A stretch of DNA of 42,224 nt. It comes from a virus. Lineage: Duplodnaviria; Heunggongvirae; Uroviricota; Caudoviricetes. The stretch lies in IMG/VR virus record IMGVR_UViG_3300031853_000004, positions 101,319 through 143,542 of that record; one strand, 5' to 3'. The notes under the pieces were generated by a model. It ran no database searches, was not told the origin of the DNA, and saw nothing but the letters and a program-made list of their open reading frames with translations. Of the stretch, positions 23,068 to 33,562 are shown piece after piece. How positions within the stretch are numbered: position 1 is the first letter of the stretch; each line of letters opens with the position of its first letter. A program made the position numbers and the translations under genes.

Positions 23068-24813
23068 TTAGTCAAAAAACATGAAACCAGATAAATCCCG
23101 CATTTTTCTCTTAGTTGATCTGTCCTCTTGGAGCTTACAATAGTATAAACCATAAATGAGTCCAGAAAATTTATCTTTTTGAATTTTTTTGCTTGAACGT
23201 TTTAAAATAATATTCGCTCCTTCATGCTCTTGAATAAGATTCATCATTTCTTCTTTAAGAGATGATGTTTTTACGAAAGGCATTAAATATTCTGCTCGTT
23301 GACTAGGACTCATTTTTTTACCTTGAGCTTGTGTCATTAATTTATTTTTAGCAATTTGTTCATCTACTAAGAAATTAATACGACCCGCATTTATTTCTGC
23401 TTGACAGTAAGCATACATTTCAGAATTTAATGGAGCATTTGCTTTCATTACATACATTGCATTTTCAATTGTATTTTCCGTTTTCATATTTCTATATTTA
23501 AAATCATCATCATTGTAAACGCCTCAATTGTACAAGGTTTCTCCAGTATCAGGATCAATAGTATCCATTGTCAACATATCAACTAAACCTTGACCTAAAC
23601 CATTACCGTCTATTACCGCAATTTGACATTTATAAAGATTAAATAATCTTTTTAATTTAAGAGCTTGCATGCCAAAATGTTCCTCATCAAAAGAATAAAT
23701 ATTAACAACTCTTTTTCTTGGGGTATCTCCAGCTCCAGGAGTGACTTTTATAATAATAACTTCAGTTGTACAATTAAAACGACCAACATCAACACCCATA
23801 ATATAATAACCATCTTTGGATGTTCGATTGCTAAATTTTCACTCTGCCTGATTAATTTTTCTTTGTTTATCAAAACGTTCTGAAGAGAAGAATGCTGATT
23901 CTATATCTCCCGTCCAATGAGATTCATATTCTCGTTCAAATGAAGCTTCATTATATGTCCCGTCCATTTTTAAGGTACGAATGAAATCTTTATCAAATAA
24001 GCCTTCCATCATTGGAACTCTTCAACTACCACCTAAAACAATTGCTTCATTTGGTCTTGCAACAGATTGACAAAAAGTTTGAATTAATTTTTCATATCAA
24101 ACTGTATTTTTATATCCCGCAGTTGTTACATAAATTTCACTTTTATTTAATTGTTCTCTTGGATCTGAAGTTCCTTGAACTTGTCTGTCAACATTTAAAG
24201 TTGGTTTAAGAACTTCATTATATATATCCTGATCTACACCCACACATTCTTCTACAAGTAACGATTGTAGACGAGATCCTCTTGAATTTTCATTCGCGGC
24301 AATATTACGTAAAATTGAACCATTCACAAAAGCGTAAGTTACTGAATCTTTTGTTTGAGAAGTCCTAGCTGCCATACCTCTAGTATCTCATATTATCTCT
24401 TTACCCATAGCCGGAATCAATTTACATATCTCCATAACCTTAGAGCTTACAATTTGAGCTGACTGTTCTTTACCTCCCGCCGCAGTACCAATTGTCGCTC
24501 CTGGGTACAGGATGCATTTTAACATTAGGCCCATCACACTCATAAAAGATTTTGATCAAGCCCGCACAAAAGTTCCATACAGATATTTATGTCTAAAAAG
24601 TGCACGTAAAAATAATCTTTGATATGCTCTAAATCGAAAATTATAAGGGTTTCCAAGAGAGAGATAATAATCTACAAGTTTGTCAGGATAAACTCTTCAA
24701 TAAGCAATTAAATTACGATACGCTTCAATATTTTTAATGATATGTTCTTTTAAAGAGTCAGGATCTCAATCCTTCTTTTTACTTGATGGTCTAATAATAT
24801 CTTTTAAAGCCAT
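23068..24813 (-). CDS. terL: Terminase large subunit (581 aa); 8 in-frame TGA
   Basis: ATG overlaps the upstream TAA (TAATG). TGA at 24766, 24697, 24556, 24388, 24097, 24022, 23839 and 23524. Walker-A-like RA(W)SKS, Walker-B-like LLVEE, TTAGY, nuclease motifs GVDVGR and DKFSG. Confidence 0.88.
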
Positions 24814-26066
24814 TATATCTCACCTGCCTCAACCATCCGAAGCAATTCTTCTGCTTCTGCTTCAATTTCATTTTCATATTCAACAGGACTTTTTTCTCTA
24901 TCTTTTTCATATTTTTCTTCTCTAAGTCGTTGTTGTTCAGCTTCTTCCGCAGATGTGACAAGACCAAGATTTACGTCAAGAGATTCATCTTCTTGCTTTT
25001 CAAGCTTTGCAATATAAGACTCAATTAAGTCTCCAAGTCGTAGCTCATCTGCCGCGAGATGATAGGTGTAAGCTTTTAAATCTTTTAATTCAAAATCAAT
25101 TACATCTTGAGGATACTGATTAGGATCAAATTGCGGCAACGCTTCAATAATACCTCCATTTTTTTCACAAAGCGCAGCTAATTCTCCAATAGTAGAAAGA
25201 AGTTCTCTTTTTTCTTCTTTCTTTTGTGCTTCTGTAAAACGACCTGATTTACGAAGTTGATCAAAGACGGTTGCGAGATTTTTATAAGCTGTTATATCTC
25301 CAGTATCTAGAGCTTCATCCATCTTTAAAGAAGTTTTGCACATTTTCTTTAAAACTTCTTCTCGGTCAGAGTTTAAATCATACTCTTCCGCATATTTTTG
25401 ATACATTGTTTCCATTGTAATTCATTGTTGAGGATTATACATTACTCCTCATTTTAAAAGTAAATAATCAATATCTTCTTGAGTTAATTGATTTGATCAA
25501 TATGTATCATCTTTTGCATAAGGAGGTTTTTCTTCTTTTTCTTCTTCCTCTTGAATATCCATATCAACAAAATCTATATTTTCTCCAAGAGAAGAAGGTT
25601 CAGTAAGTGTGCGGTATTCTGCTTCTGAAATTTCACCTGCGTCTAATTTTCGTTTTAGTTCTTCTTTATTTAAGTTTTCTTTTTCTGCGAGTGCTTTAGG
25701 TTTATATTCTTTTCCTTGCGATTTTGCCCGAGCTTCGTCGTAAGTGTCAGCTGAATGTTCATAACGTATATCTTCATATTGTTTCATATTCATTGTTCGT
25801 ATATAATTACCTATAACAGACTTTGGGCCAAACTTACCGGGATTCCGCATATAGATTTTATTTGTAAGCTCTACTCATTTTTCTTTAATGTAAGGAACAT
25901 CAAATTCTTTTAGAATTCAGTCGAAAGTACTTCTATCTCGATTATCTATATATTGAGTTAAACAATCTTTACAAAGCTTATAACGTTCTCCTGATTTCAT
26001 TTTAAAGAATTCTGTTTCTCTTAATGACCTCCCGCACTTTTCACATTTTTTCTTTGCTACAGTCAT
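24813..26066 (-). CDS. Zn-ribbon protein (417 aa), putative terminase small subunit-like; 5 in-frame TGA
   Basis: RBS AAGGAGG, ATG 26066. CEKC...CKDC at the N-terminus; TGA at 25917, 25875, 25497, 25449 and 25422 (LK(W)GVMYNPQQ(W)); directly upstream of terL. The TerS role is inferred from position. Confidence 0.7.
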
Positions 26067-27149
26067 TTATTTTTCCTCCTTCCCATTGCGGCACTCTCTA
26101 CATTGACTATAAAAACCTTCTTTATTGGAATTTTTAGGGAAGAAGAAAGGATGTGCAGGCATGACCTTCCCGCACTTTGAACAAGTTTTCCAATTTAAAG
26201 AAGAATCTGTTTTATAATTGTTTAAGTAATGTTTTAAAATGTAGCGTTTTTGTACTTCTTTAGAGATTAATTTGGGAATGCGTCTTCTTCAAATAGAAGA
26301 ATAATACTGTTCTGTATGATTAACTCCATAATGTTTTAAAACTAATTCTTGAATTTGTTTGTTAGAGCGTCCATCTACTTTTCAAATTAAAATATCTCAA
26401 AGCATTGGGTATTTTTGTTCTAAAGCTGCGGATGCTACCTCTTCTAAATCTATTAAGTGTCAAAGCATATCACTTTCTAAAAGATATCAAGATTCTTCTT
26501 TTAGTGGTTGGTAGTATTGAAGAAGAAAAGATACGTGATCTGGATTTAAAAGAGTGAGTAGATCATCGCTATATGGGTATCCATCTTTTCAGTAAACTGT
26601 TTCTGGAATATCAATATTTGCTAAATATTGTGTTTTATTAGTGGATATGTTGAGTGCCATTTTATGAGAACTTTTTATTAGATAAAGTTGTTTTCAAGTT
26701 TCTATAATAGTTTTTTTTAAGTTTTTGCGGCGTTGACCTGTTGCGTGTTGATATTGTCATTCTAATTTTTTTATTACGTTAAGTCCTTCAGCTATGCCTG
26801 GAATATTTTTTATATCTTCTTTAGTTAGAGGATCTTTATTGTCAAGTTTCATTTCTTTGTTATCACACATGATAGAATAAAGTCCATCTTCTCCATTTTC
26901 TAATCTATCAATTAAACCTTCATAAGATATCTGTCTTTTGTCTATTGTATGTTCTCTATTGGGAGTTGTTATTGGATAATCTTCTTTACGTTCTTTTTTA
27001 GTTTGATTTTTATCTCGGGTAAAAAGTAGATAATCCCCCAACAGAGAAAGTTCATTAGAGTTTGGGGTATATTTTGATAAAAGTTTATCAACAAATTCTT
27101 TGCGGGATTCGATGGTTTGTAAGGAATAATCTAAAAACAAGGTTCGCAC
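26067..27149 (-). CDS. First gene of the late block: putative transcriptional regulator with HTH-like segment and C-terminal Zn finger (about 360 aa); 8 in-frame TGA
   Basis: TGA at 26757, 26694, 26589, 26487, 26460, 26397, 26382 and 26289; TAA 26067; C-terminal CSKC...CREC; HTH-like DILI(W)KVDGRSNKQIQELV. Start is GTG 27149 or TTG 27140. Confidence 0.72.
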
Positions 27150-27174
27150 ACCTCCTTTCTTTTTTTATATAAAT

Positions 27175-27203
27175 ATTTTAACATTTTTTTAATTAAAAGT
27201 CAA
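27175..27203 (-). promoter_or_regulatory. Sigma70-type promoter for the late block
   Basis: TTGACT-17 nt-TAAAAT with a TG extension. Confidence 0.7.
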
Positions 27204-27268
27204 GAACTTTTTTATATTTTATATAAAATTTTTGTGAAAAAAATTATTACTTTTTGCCCTAAAATTTC

Positions 27269-27297
27269 TTGACGAGTTAAAAAATATATGGTATAAT
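27269..27297 (+). promoter_or_regulatory. Sigma70-type promoter (divergent)
   Basis: TTGACG-17 nt-TATAAT upstream of 27323. Confidence 0.75.
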
Positions 27298-27322
27298 TTA
27301 ATTAAAAGAAAGGAGAAAAAAT

Positions 27323-27541
27323 ATGAAAGAATATATGAGTAAATTTACTGATCTTGCAGACGATGCGAATGCGATCGAAAAATTGTTTGAGGAACTTTAT
27401 AAAGATTGTAAGGGAAATGCGAAAAAAGAGAAGGCTTTATATGATATCCTAGAAAATCAGATGTGGAAAAGTTGGAGAGATAAAACTATTGATGCAAGAA
27501 CAGCTTATTTGTATAAAAGATTAATGGATAGGATTTCATAA
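27323..27541 (+). CDS. Hypothetical protein (72 aa)
   Basis: RBS AAGGAG; TAA stop; Trp=TGG. Confidence 0.8.
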   Translation: MKEYMSKFTDLADDANAIEKLFEELYKDCKGNAKKEKALYDILENQMWKSWRDKTIDARTAYLYKRLMDRIS

Positions 27542-27819
27542 TCAAAAACTGAAAAATGATTTAGAAGATTTTTTGTGCGTGGCCCCGACTCACCCTTAAT
27601 ACTTTTATGTAATAGCCCGAATGTACCCGCCCTATTAGATAGCGCACGATGTATTGGCGCACGATGCTATAGCGTGCCGTTATCATGTGTAACTGTACAA
27701 AATACTCTAAGAAATAAATGTGTGCAGATTGTGAAGAATTGTGTTTCTCAGCTGTTCGTCTGTAGGCGCGTGTTATTATTAAGTCGTAAAGAAAAACTCC
27801 AGCAGAGAGGAACACAAAA

Positions 27820-27951
27820 ATGGCAACTATTTCAATCACAATGGCAATTATCACAATCGTTTCAGTTTTTTATGCAATGGCAAAATATCCGATTGAAAAT
27901 AGCCAAATTGATAAAATGTGGGATGAAACACTTCAAAGAGATTGGACATAA
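27820..27951 (+). CDS. Small membrane-anchored protein (43 aa)
   Basis: RBS GAGAGG; hydrophobic N-terminus MATISITMAIITIVSVFYAM; followed by a hairpin at 27952-27980. Confidence 0.65.
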   Translation: MATISITMAIITIVSVFYAMAKYPIENSQIDKMWDETLQRDWT

Positions 27952-27980
27952 AAAAAGGAACCTAAAAGGTTCCTTTTTTA
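27952..27980. terminator. Bidirectional terminator
   Basis: AAAAAAGGAACC-loop-GGTTCCTTTTTT. Confidence 0.75.
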
Positions 27981-28197
27981 TTATAGCTCAACATCAAAAT
28001 TTTAACTACCATTCTTATATAATATTTCAAAATACTAAGTCGATCCCCTATATCTTTTATGTATTAACATAGATAGCATCAAAACGTTATGACCGCTCAC
28101 CACAATTTCTCTACCGTTCGCGGTAACTATTGACTCTAGCTATCGTATGCTGTATATTATTAGTAAAGAGAAGATAACAAACAGAGAGGATAGGACA

Positions 28198-28389
28198 ATG
28201 AAGAACGTAGTAGCAATTAAGGATATGACCAACGGCCTTAATGAAAAACTCGCAAACGTTGGTGATAGGTTTGAGGTAGATAATATTAGGGAAAACAGGA
28301 AGTATGGAAAATTCTATGATTTAAATGGTATCAAACACAATCTCACAATACATGAAAGTGTCTTTAGTGAGTATTTTAAAGAGGTCTAA
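28198..28389 (+). CDS. Hypothetical protein (63 aa)
   Basis: RBS GAGAGGA; upstream promoter with TTGACT; TAA stop followed by a GAGGTC/GACCTC hairpin. Confidence 0.75.
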   Translation: MKNVVAIKDMTNGLNEKLANVGDRFEVDNIRENRKYGKFYDLNGIKHNLTIHESVFSEYFKEV

Positions 28390-28635
28390 CAAAGACCTCT
28401 TTTTTTATGTCTAAAAGAAGATATCACATAAAAGTTATCGTGGTTGGGCGAAATTGTACCACACGCACACAAAGACTGTCAAGCGAGAATTTTATTTTTT
28501 CCACTCACATTTATAATTCTACCGTTCACCATTCACCCACATTTTACTACCGTTCATCCGTGATGCTTGACGTACTAGCAACACAAGAGTATAGTATTAG
28601 ATAGTTAAAGGATACAACAAAGAGAGGACAGAACA

Positions 28636-28782
28636 ATGACCGTAGCAGAGTTAATAAAGCAGCTTCAGGAAATGCCCCAAGATAAGGAAATTAATATTCC
28701 TGTTGATGATTATGGCTATGGGCCAGTTAGAAGAGTAGAGATAGACGAAACGTTTGATGTGGTTCTTATAGATTGCGACTAA
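28636..28782 (+). CDS. Hypothetical protein (48 aa)
   Basis: RBS GAGAGGA; MTVAELIKQLQEMPQD...; terminator 28801-28829. Confidence 0.75.
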   Translation: MTVAELIKQLQEMPQDKEINIPVDDYGYGPVRRVEIDETFDVVLIDCD

Positions 28783-29058
28783 ACATTTATCATAAATAAT
28801 AAAAAAGGGCTCAAACGAGCCCTTTTTTATTGCATAAAATTGTTATTACAAAAATGGTATCGAGGTTGGGCGAAAAATTATAACACGCCGGCACAGAGTT
28901 TGTCAAGAGAAACATTCAAATTACCGCTCACGTCTACAATTCTACCATTCACCGTTCATCCATAATTTACTACCGCTCACGGTAAAGCATTGACACATTC
29001 AGCTAGTAAGCGTATAGTATTAGATAGTTAAAGGATACAACAAAGAAAGGATAGAACA

Positions 29059-29274
29059 ATGACTATCAAGTACACCAACAATGACCTCGTTTCTCGCGCG
29101 CTTGACATTATCGGTTACACCATTGATGATATTGTTAAAGTATTTGAAGGTGGCGCGGCCTTGTTTCTTGAATTGTGCGACGGTTCTACTCTGTGCAAAC
29201 AAGTTTACAACGGTTTAACAATATGGAAATACAATAGCAACAATTACACACCTGAAACTTTCATCCTTGATTAA
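29059..29274 (+). CDS. Hypothetical protein (71 aa)
   Basis: RBS GAAAGGA; promoter with TTGACA and TATAGT; terminator 29273-29302. Confidence 0.75.
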   Translation: MTIKYTNNDLVSRALDIIGYTIDDIVKVFEGGAALFLELCDGSTLCKQVYNGLTIWKYNSNNYTPETFILD

Positions 29275-29972
29275 AAGAAGCCTTTTAAGGCTTCTTTTTT
29301 TTATGTTGACGCACATAAAAGACTAAACCAATTCTAAGCGATTCTGACAATCGCACTTATTAAAATAAGCAAAAAAGCAAATAGGCCCTTAGAATGGCTT
29401 AGAATGGCTCAAACGCTAAAAAATTGTGGAGGCGACTAGAAAAAACCGACAGAAAAAAGTTTTCAACATCGGGGTTTAAAACGTCTCACAATCGCTCTAT
29501 TTTGTTAAAAACTCGTATCCTGAAATTGAATATAAAAGCTTTTCAACAAAGTTGTTAACATCAAACAATTAAATAATTACTTTTACTATTGGACATAAAA
29601 ATATTAATTAATAAGTTCATGATAAAAGACTAAACAATTGAATATCAAAACATTAACCAACAACATAAAAGCTATATCACATAAAAATTATCGAGGTTGG
29701 GCGAAATTTTACCACACCGCGCTAGTAAAAGTCAAATGAAGATTTTGCAAATGCGAGTTTATGCACATAATCTTCACAAAGTCCTAAAATATCAGATAGT
29801 TAACAAAAAACATTACAAATGTTATGTACCAAACATATATATATTTACTATCTGCTAAAAAACACCTATGTTTACCTGCTGTTTCACAAAACGTCCACAA
29901 CTAACGATTCTCGGTTGCAAACATTTTAAATAGGCGTATAGTATATATTAACAACGAAAGAAAGGAATTGAA

Positions 29973-30443
29973 ATGTCCAACTTGACCATGCACGCCCACC
30001 TTGCAAACACCTACCAGAACCATGCCTATACTCATAACTATATATTCACTTTTAGTTATAGGGGCGTTGTGTATGCTGTTACGATGTTTGATGTCGATAC
30101 GGCCGAGCTGATGAATATTACAAAAATTGATAAGGCATCGCGTGGCGCGGGCTACAGTCTGCGTTTTCGTCCCACCAATGCTATAAAGCAATATTTGGTA
30201 GCTATGGGCGCCGATACTCTGTGCAGCGTGGAATATTTCAACTCTTTAGTTAAAAGTCATAAGTACAACAAAGGCGAAACGGCAGAAATGCTCGTTACCG
30301 AACAGCTGTTCGGACAAAAGTGGGAAAAAGATAGCGTGCCTTTTACAATGGCGGGCGATATAGAGGATAATGGTATAGCTTTCCAACATAAGCATGAGGG
30401 CGCCACGTTCTGCAATGAAAAAACCCTACGCAATCTCTGCTAG
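29973..30443 (+). CDS. Conserved phage hypothetical protein (156 aa), possibly PD-(D/E)XK-like fold
   Basis: RBS GAAAGGA; motif YNKGETAEMLVTE...WEKDSVPF...GDI...FQHK; TAG stop. Confidence 0.75.
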   Translation: MSNLTMHAHLANTYQNHAYTHNYIFTFSYRGVVYAVTMFDVDTAELMNITKIDKASRGAGYSLRFRPTNAIKQYLVAMGADTLCSVEYFNSLVKSHKYNKGETAEMLVTEQLFGQKWEKDSVPFTMAGDIEDNGIAFQHKHEGATFCNEKTLRNLC

Positions 30444-30582
30444 GGTCTACCCTATAAGGGCGTTAGCTCTAATGCCGGCGCCCTTATATGGAGAATATGT
30501 GCAGATATGCAATTCTCCAATAGAATGGCTATATGATAGGTTATTATAGATATATAAGCAAATCCAAGAGAAAGGTAAAACC

Positions 30583-30816
30583 ATGGAAAGCACCTATATC
30601 GCAAAAATTTTTATAAATCTTGACAATGGAGATAAGATTCTTTATGATGAAATTTCTCTGTCAGAAGACTTTTCTAATGACCAATTTAATCAAATGCTTA
30701 ATGATTGTCTCTCGCAAATTAATCATAACACATATTTACAATTTTATAAAACAATTATTTTTACAAACCATGTCTCAAAAATCAACATAGAAACTTCAGT
30801 AGATTATCATTATTAA
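30583..30816 (+). CDS. Hypothetical protein (77 aa)
   Basis: RBS GAAAGG; TAA stop. Confidence 0.7.
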   Translation: MESTYIAKIFINLDNGDKILYDEISLSEDFSNDQFNQMLNDCLSQINHNTYLQFYKTIIFTNHVSKINIETSVDYHY

Positions 30817-30977
30817 ACAAACAGACCTAAGTAAGTCTTTAAACTGCTTAATTTTTTACACGGCAGATCCTTGCGGTGATCTTGCTGCATAAATATTTTA
30901 AAGTCCTGTGCCGGCAGATCCGTATCAAATATTTAACTATATCTCTAAACAAAAAGAGTGCTTGCGCACTCTTTCTA

Positions 30978-31220
30978 TTATAATCTAATTGTAGTAATAA
31001 CACCATCCTTAATCTTGATAGCTCGACGGTCGCCCTCTTCACGACCAAACACTTCAAATAGTGATTCATTTTTAAGAACCTCGACGCGGCCAACGTTTGA
31101 ATGTTTGATAAAGTAACGAGCTTCTTTCTCGGCATCCCGCAGAGTATTAAAGTTTGAATGAGTAATGATATCATTGGTGAAACGAGCAAAAGCAACTACG
31201 AAATAGATATTACATGCCAT
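30978..31220 (-). CDS. Hypothetical protein (80 aa)
   Basis: RBS GAAAGGA; promoter TTGACA-17-TATAGT; terminator about 30951-30975. Confidence 0.75.
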   Translation of the reverse strand: MACNIYFVVAFARFTNDIITHSNFNTLRDAEKEARYFIKHSNVGRVEVLKNESLFEVFGREEGDRRAIKIKDGVITTIRL

Positions 31221-31418
31221 GACAAAATCCTTTCTCTTTAACGCTACATATACTATAGTTCATCTATTGGAATATGTCAATAGCTTCATAAAATCTACAC
31301 AAACGCGTGCCGGCGCAGAATATGTAGATTTTGTGAATGAAAATTTTTCTTGCTTCCCGCTTTATAATCTGGTATAATTATATTAGAAATAAAAAAGACG
31401 AAAGATTGGAATTGAAAA

Positions 31419-31568
31419 ATGCTATTGTTCCTCGGATGGGTTGTATTTTCTATTATCATGATACTTATTAGTGTATTTCTTGACAAAAATTATTATCTTG
31501 GTTTCTGGTACTATTGTTTTATTGGTTTACTTTTTGGAGTTGTAACTGCTATTTTTTCAATCCTTTAA
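31419..31568 (+). CDS. Small two-helix membrane protein (49 aa)
   Basis: Two hydrophobic segments; upstream TATAAT; weak RBS. Confidence 0.55.
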   Translation: MLLFLGWVVFSIIMILISVFLDKNYYLGFWYYCFIGLLFGVVTAIFSIL

Positions 31569-31610
31569 AATGAAAATTAAACTTGTTTCCTCCAAGAGAA
31601 AGGTAAAAAG

Positions 31611-31880
31611 ATGAAAGATTTTAAAAGTTATCACGTGGTTATTGATATTGATTTTTTAAATAACCGCGGCCTGCTTGGTAATTATCATAATACTTATGAT
31701 TCAAAATTGGAAATGAAAGCTATTAATAAATACAAAGATGCTATTTGGGATATCCAAGGTTTAATCAATAATTCTATTTCTATTAATCAAGATTTTTATA
31801 TCAATGCTAATATTACACTTTATGGTATTACTTTTGAAAATGAATATATTATTATGCGTCACCTTGAGCTAACATTATAA
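31611..31880 (+). CDS. Hypothetical protein (89 aa)
   Basis: RBS GAAAGG; TAA stop. Confidence 0.72.
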   Translation: MKDFKSYHVVIDIDFLNNRGLLGNYHNTYDSKLEMKAINKYKDAIWDIQGLINNSISINQDFYINANITLYGITFENEYIIMRHLELTL

Positions 31881-32013
31881 ATGAAAATGAAAAAGGGATT
31901 GTTTTTTGATTCCTTTTTCATTATCATTTTGCCCGGCACTCAATTATGAAAATTTTGTGAAGAACCTAAAACTATGCTATACTTTAATCAAGTCAAAGAG
32001 AGAGGAAATATTA

Positions 32014-32274
32014 ATGAATACTATTTATGGATGTTACTTCACAGATAATGATAGTGAAGAAATGTTATTATTTGCTTGTGATACAGTTGAACAAGTAATA
32101 GTTGCTATATATAAAGATATAGATGAACATTTGTTTTTTCCGATAGAAGAAATTAGACTTGATTGGGATTGTGAAAATGACGAAAATCCAACATGGGGCT
32201 TAATAAATATCTTTGCTGATAATGCGTTGCAATGTCGTTTTGTTTTTGAAAGAATCCCTTACATAAAAAAATAA
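32014..32274 (+). CDS. Acidic hypothetical protein (86 aa)
   Basis: RBS GAGAGG; TAA stop; followed by the pseudoknot motif. Confidence 0.72.
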   Translation: MNTIYGCYFTDNDSEEMLLFACDTVEQVIVAIYKDIDEHLFFPIEEIRLDWDCENDENPTWGLINIFADNALQCRFVFERIPYIKK

Positions 32275-32386
32275 AATAAATAACCTGAGCATGTTATAAA
32301 ACTGCTTTTGTGTATTTTCTATGAATAGACCTATTCTGTAGTAAGATATAAGAGTAAAGAAAACCACGAAAGAAGAGGGTCTAAAA

Positions 32387-32605
32387 ATGCGTAAAGAAGA
32401 TAAAGAAAAGAATCTTTCATTAGCTATTACAATTTGGTACGCCATTATTCAAAAACGAGGATATTTTGATTATTGGTTGGATTATAAAGAATGTGAACAA
32501 TGGATTATGAAACAATATCCAAATATCAAAAAAACTATAATTCATAAAGCCTTTTGGCATTATGTAAAAAAAGATACAGAATTCCTAGAAGAATTTGAAT
32601 GTTAA
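32387..32605 (+). CDS. Hypothetical protein (72 aa)
   Basis: RBS GAGGG; 4 Trp, all TGG; TAA stop. Confidence 0.72.
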   Translation: MRKEDKEKNLSLAITIWYAIIQKRGYFDYWLDYKECEQWIMKQYPNIKKTIIHKAFWHYVKKDTEFLEEFEC

Positions 32606-32744
32606 AATAAAATATCCCGAGCAATGATATAAAAAGGCTCAATAATCTTTAAGTTATCAATCTGTCCGGCGCAACTTATGAAGATTTTATGAATTGCAAA
32701 AACATGTGGTAACATAGTATTATCCAAGAGAGAAAGGAAAATAA

Positions 32745-32813
32745 ATGGAATTCATTCTTAGTATTGTTTTATTTACTCTATTGGGCACTATGGCAATCGT
32801 ACAGATTGGATAA
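32745..32813 (+). CDS. Hydrophobic mini-protein (22 aa)
   Basis: Same CCAAGAGA..AAGG RBS cassette as its neighbours; MEFILSIVLFTLLGTMAIVQIG. Confidence 0.5.
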   Translation: MEFILSIVLFTLLGTMAIVQIG

Positions 32814-33048
32814 TTGATGACAAGGCGAGTATTTTTTAAAATTATTCCTACTATTTTGATTGGAGTTAAGGCCGCACTGTGCGGCCTCCCTTATCTTATA
32901 ACTTTTAAAGTATCATGATCACCGGCATGAAACATCAAATGATTAATAATTCACAATTCCTACAAATATAAAAATGACAATTAACTTGAGATTCAAACAG
33001 TCTATAATAATAATTGTCAGAAAGAAAGAACTAAAAGAAAGGATAAAA

Positions 33049-33291
33049 ATGTTTTATGCCTACCGTGCGAATGATGCTGAAAGTTTGATGATTAATCCTT
33101 CTACAGGCGACCATCTTTTTTTTGATATGGACACTCTTAAAAAGGCTGTAGAAGAAGATGCTAAAGAAGAAATGTATGAAGATGGAGATTCAATTCCTTA
33201 TATTCTTATTGACCTAAAAAATAAAACTTTCAAAACTCTTAAAGTTTACTATGTTATTACTTATACTACTAAAATTAAAATAGAGGATTAG
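33049..33291 (+). CDS. Hypothetical protein (80 aa)
   Basis: RBS GAAAGGA; TAG stop; followed by the pseudoknot motif. Confidence 0.72.
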   Translation: MFYAYRANDAESLMINPSTGDHLFFDMDTLKKAVEEDAKEEMYEDGDSIPYILIDLKNKTFKTLKVYYVITYTTKIKIED

Positions 33292-33562
33292 TTATTTGTC
33301 CTGAGCATGACTTAAAACTACTCATTTTTTATATCTTTTCTATAAAAAATTTTAATTTTTTGCATAAAAATGTGTACAAAGATCGTGCCGGCCGCACTTT
33401 TCAACATTATTTTCAACAAAAAAGAATTAAAAATCGATCAGTTTTCAACAAAAATAATATAATTTTCTCTAAAAACAATTAAAATGTGGAGATTCTATGG
33501 AGCTATTGACTTTAAAAAGCAAATGCCTATAATAATAATTGTGTCCAAGAGAAAGGAAAAAT

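Noticed and set aside
1-27149. Structural genes as pseudogenes of a decayed prophage
   Set aside because: Interruptions are exclusively TGA, all in one frame per gene, at Trp-like positions, with intact RBSs and TAA/TAG ends. Random decay would give frameshifts and TAA/TAG.
1-27149. TGA as Gly (code 25) or selenocysteine
   Set aside because: Contexts match motifs I recall with Trp, TGG is depleted in the same genes (TerL 8:1, portal 4:0), and about 65 sites is incompatible with Sec insertion. Alignment is still needed for proof.
29458-33450. TTTTCAACA repeats as DnaA boxes
   Set aside because: They mismatch the TT(A/T)TNCACA consensus at a core position and are not clustered as in a typical oriC.
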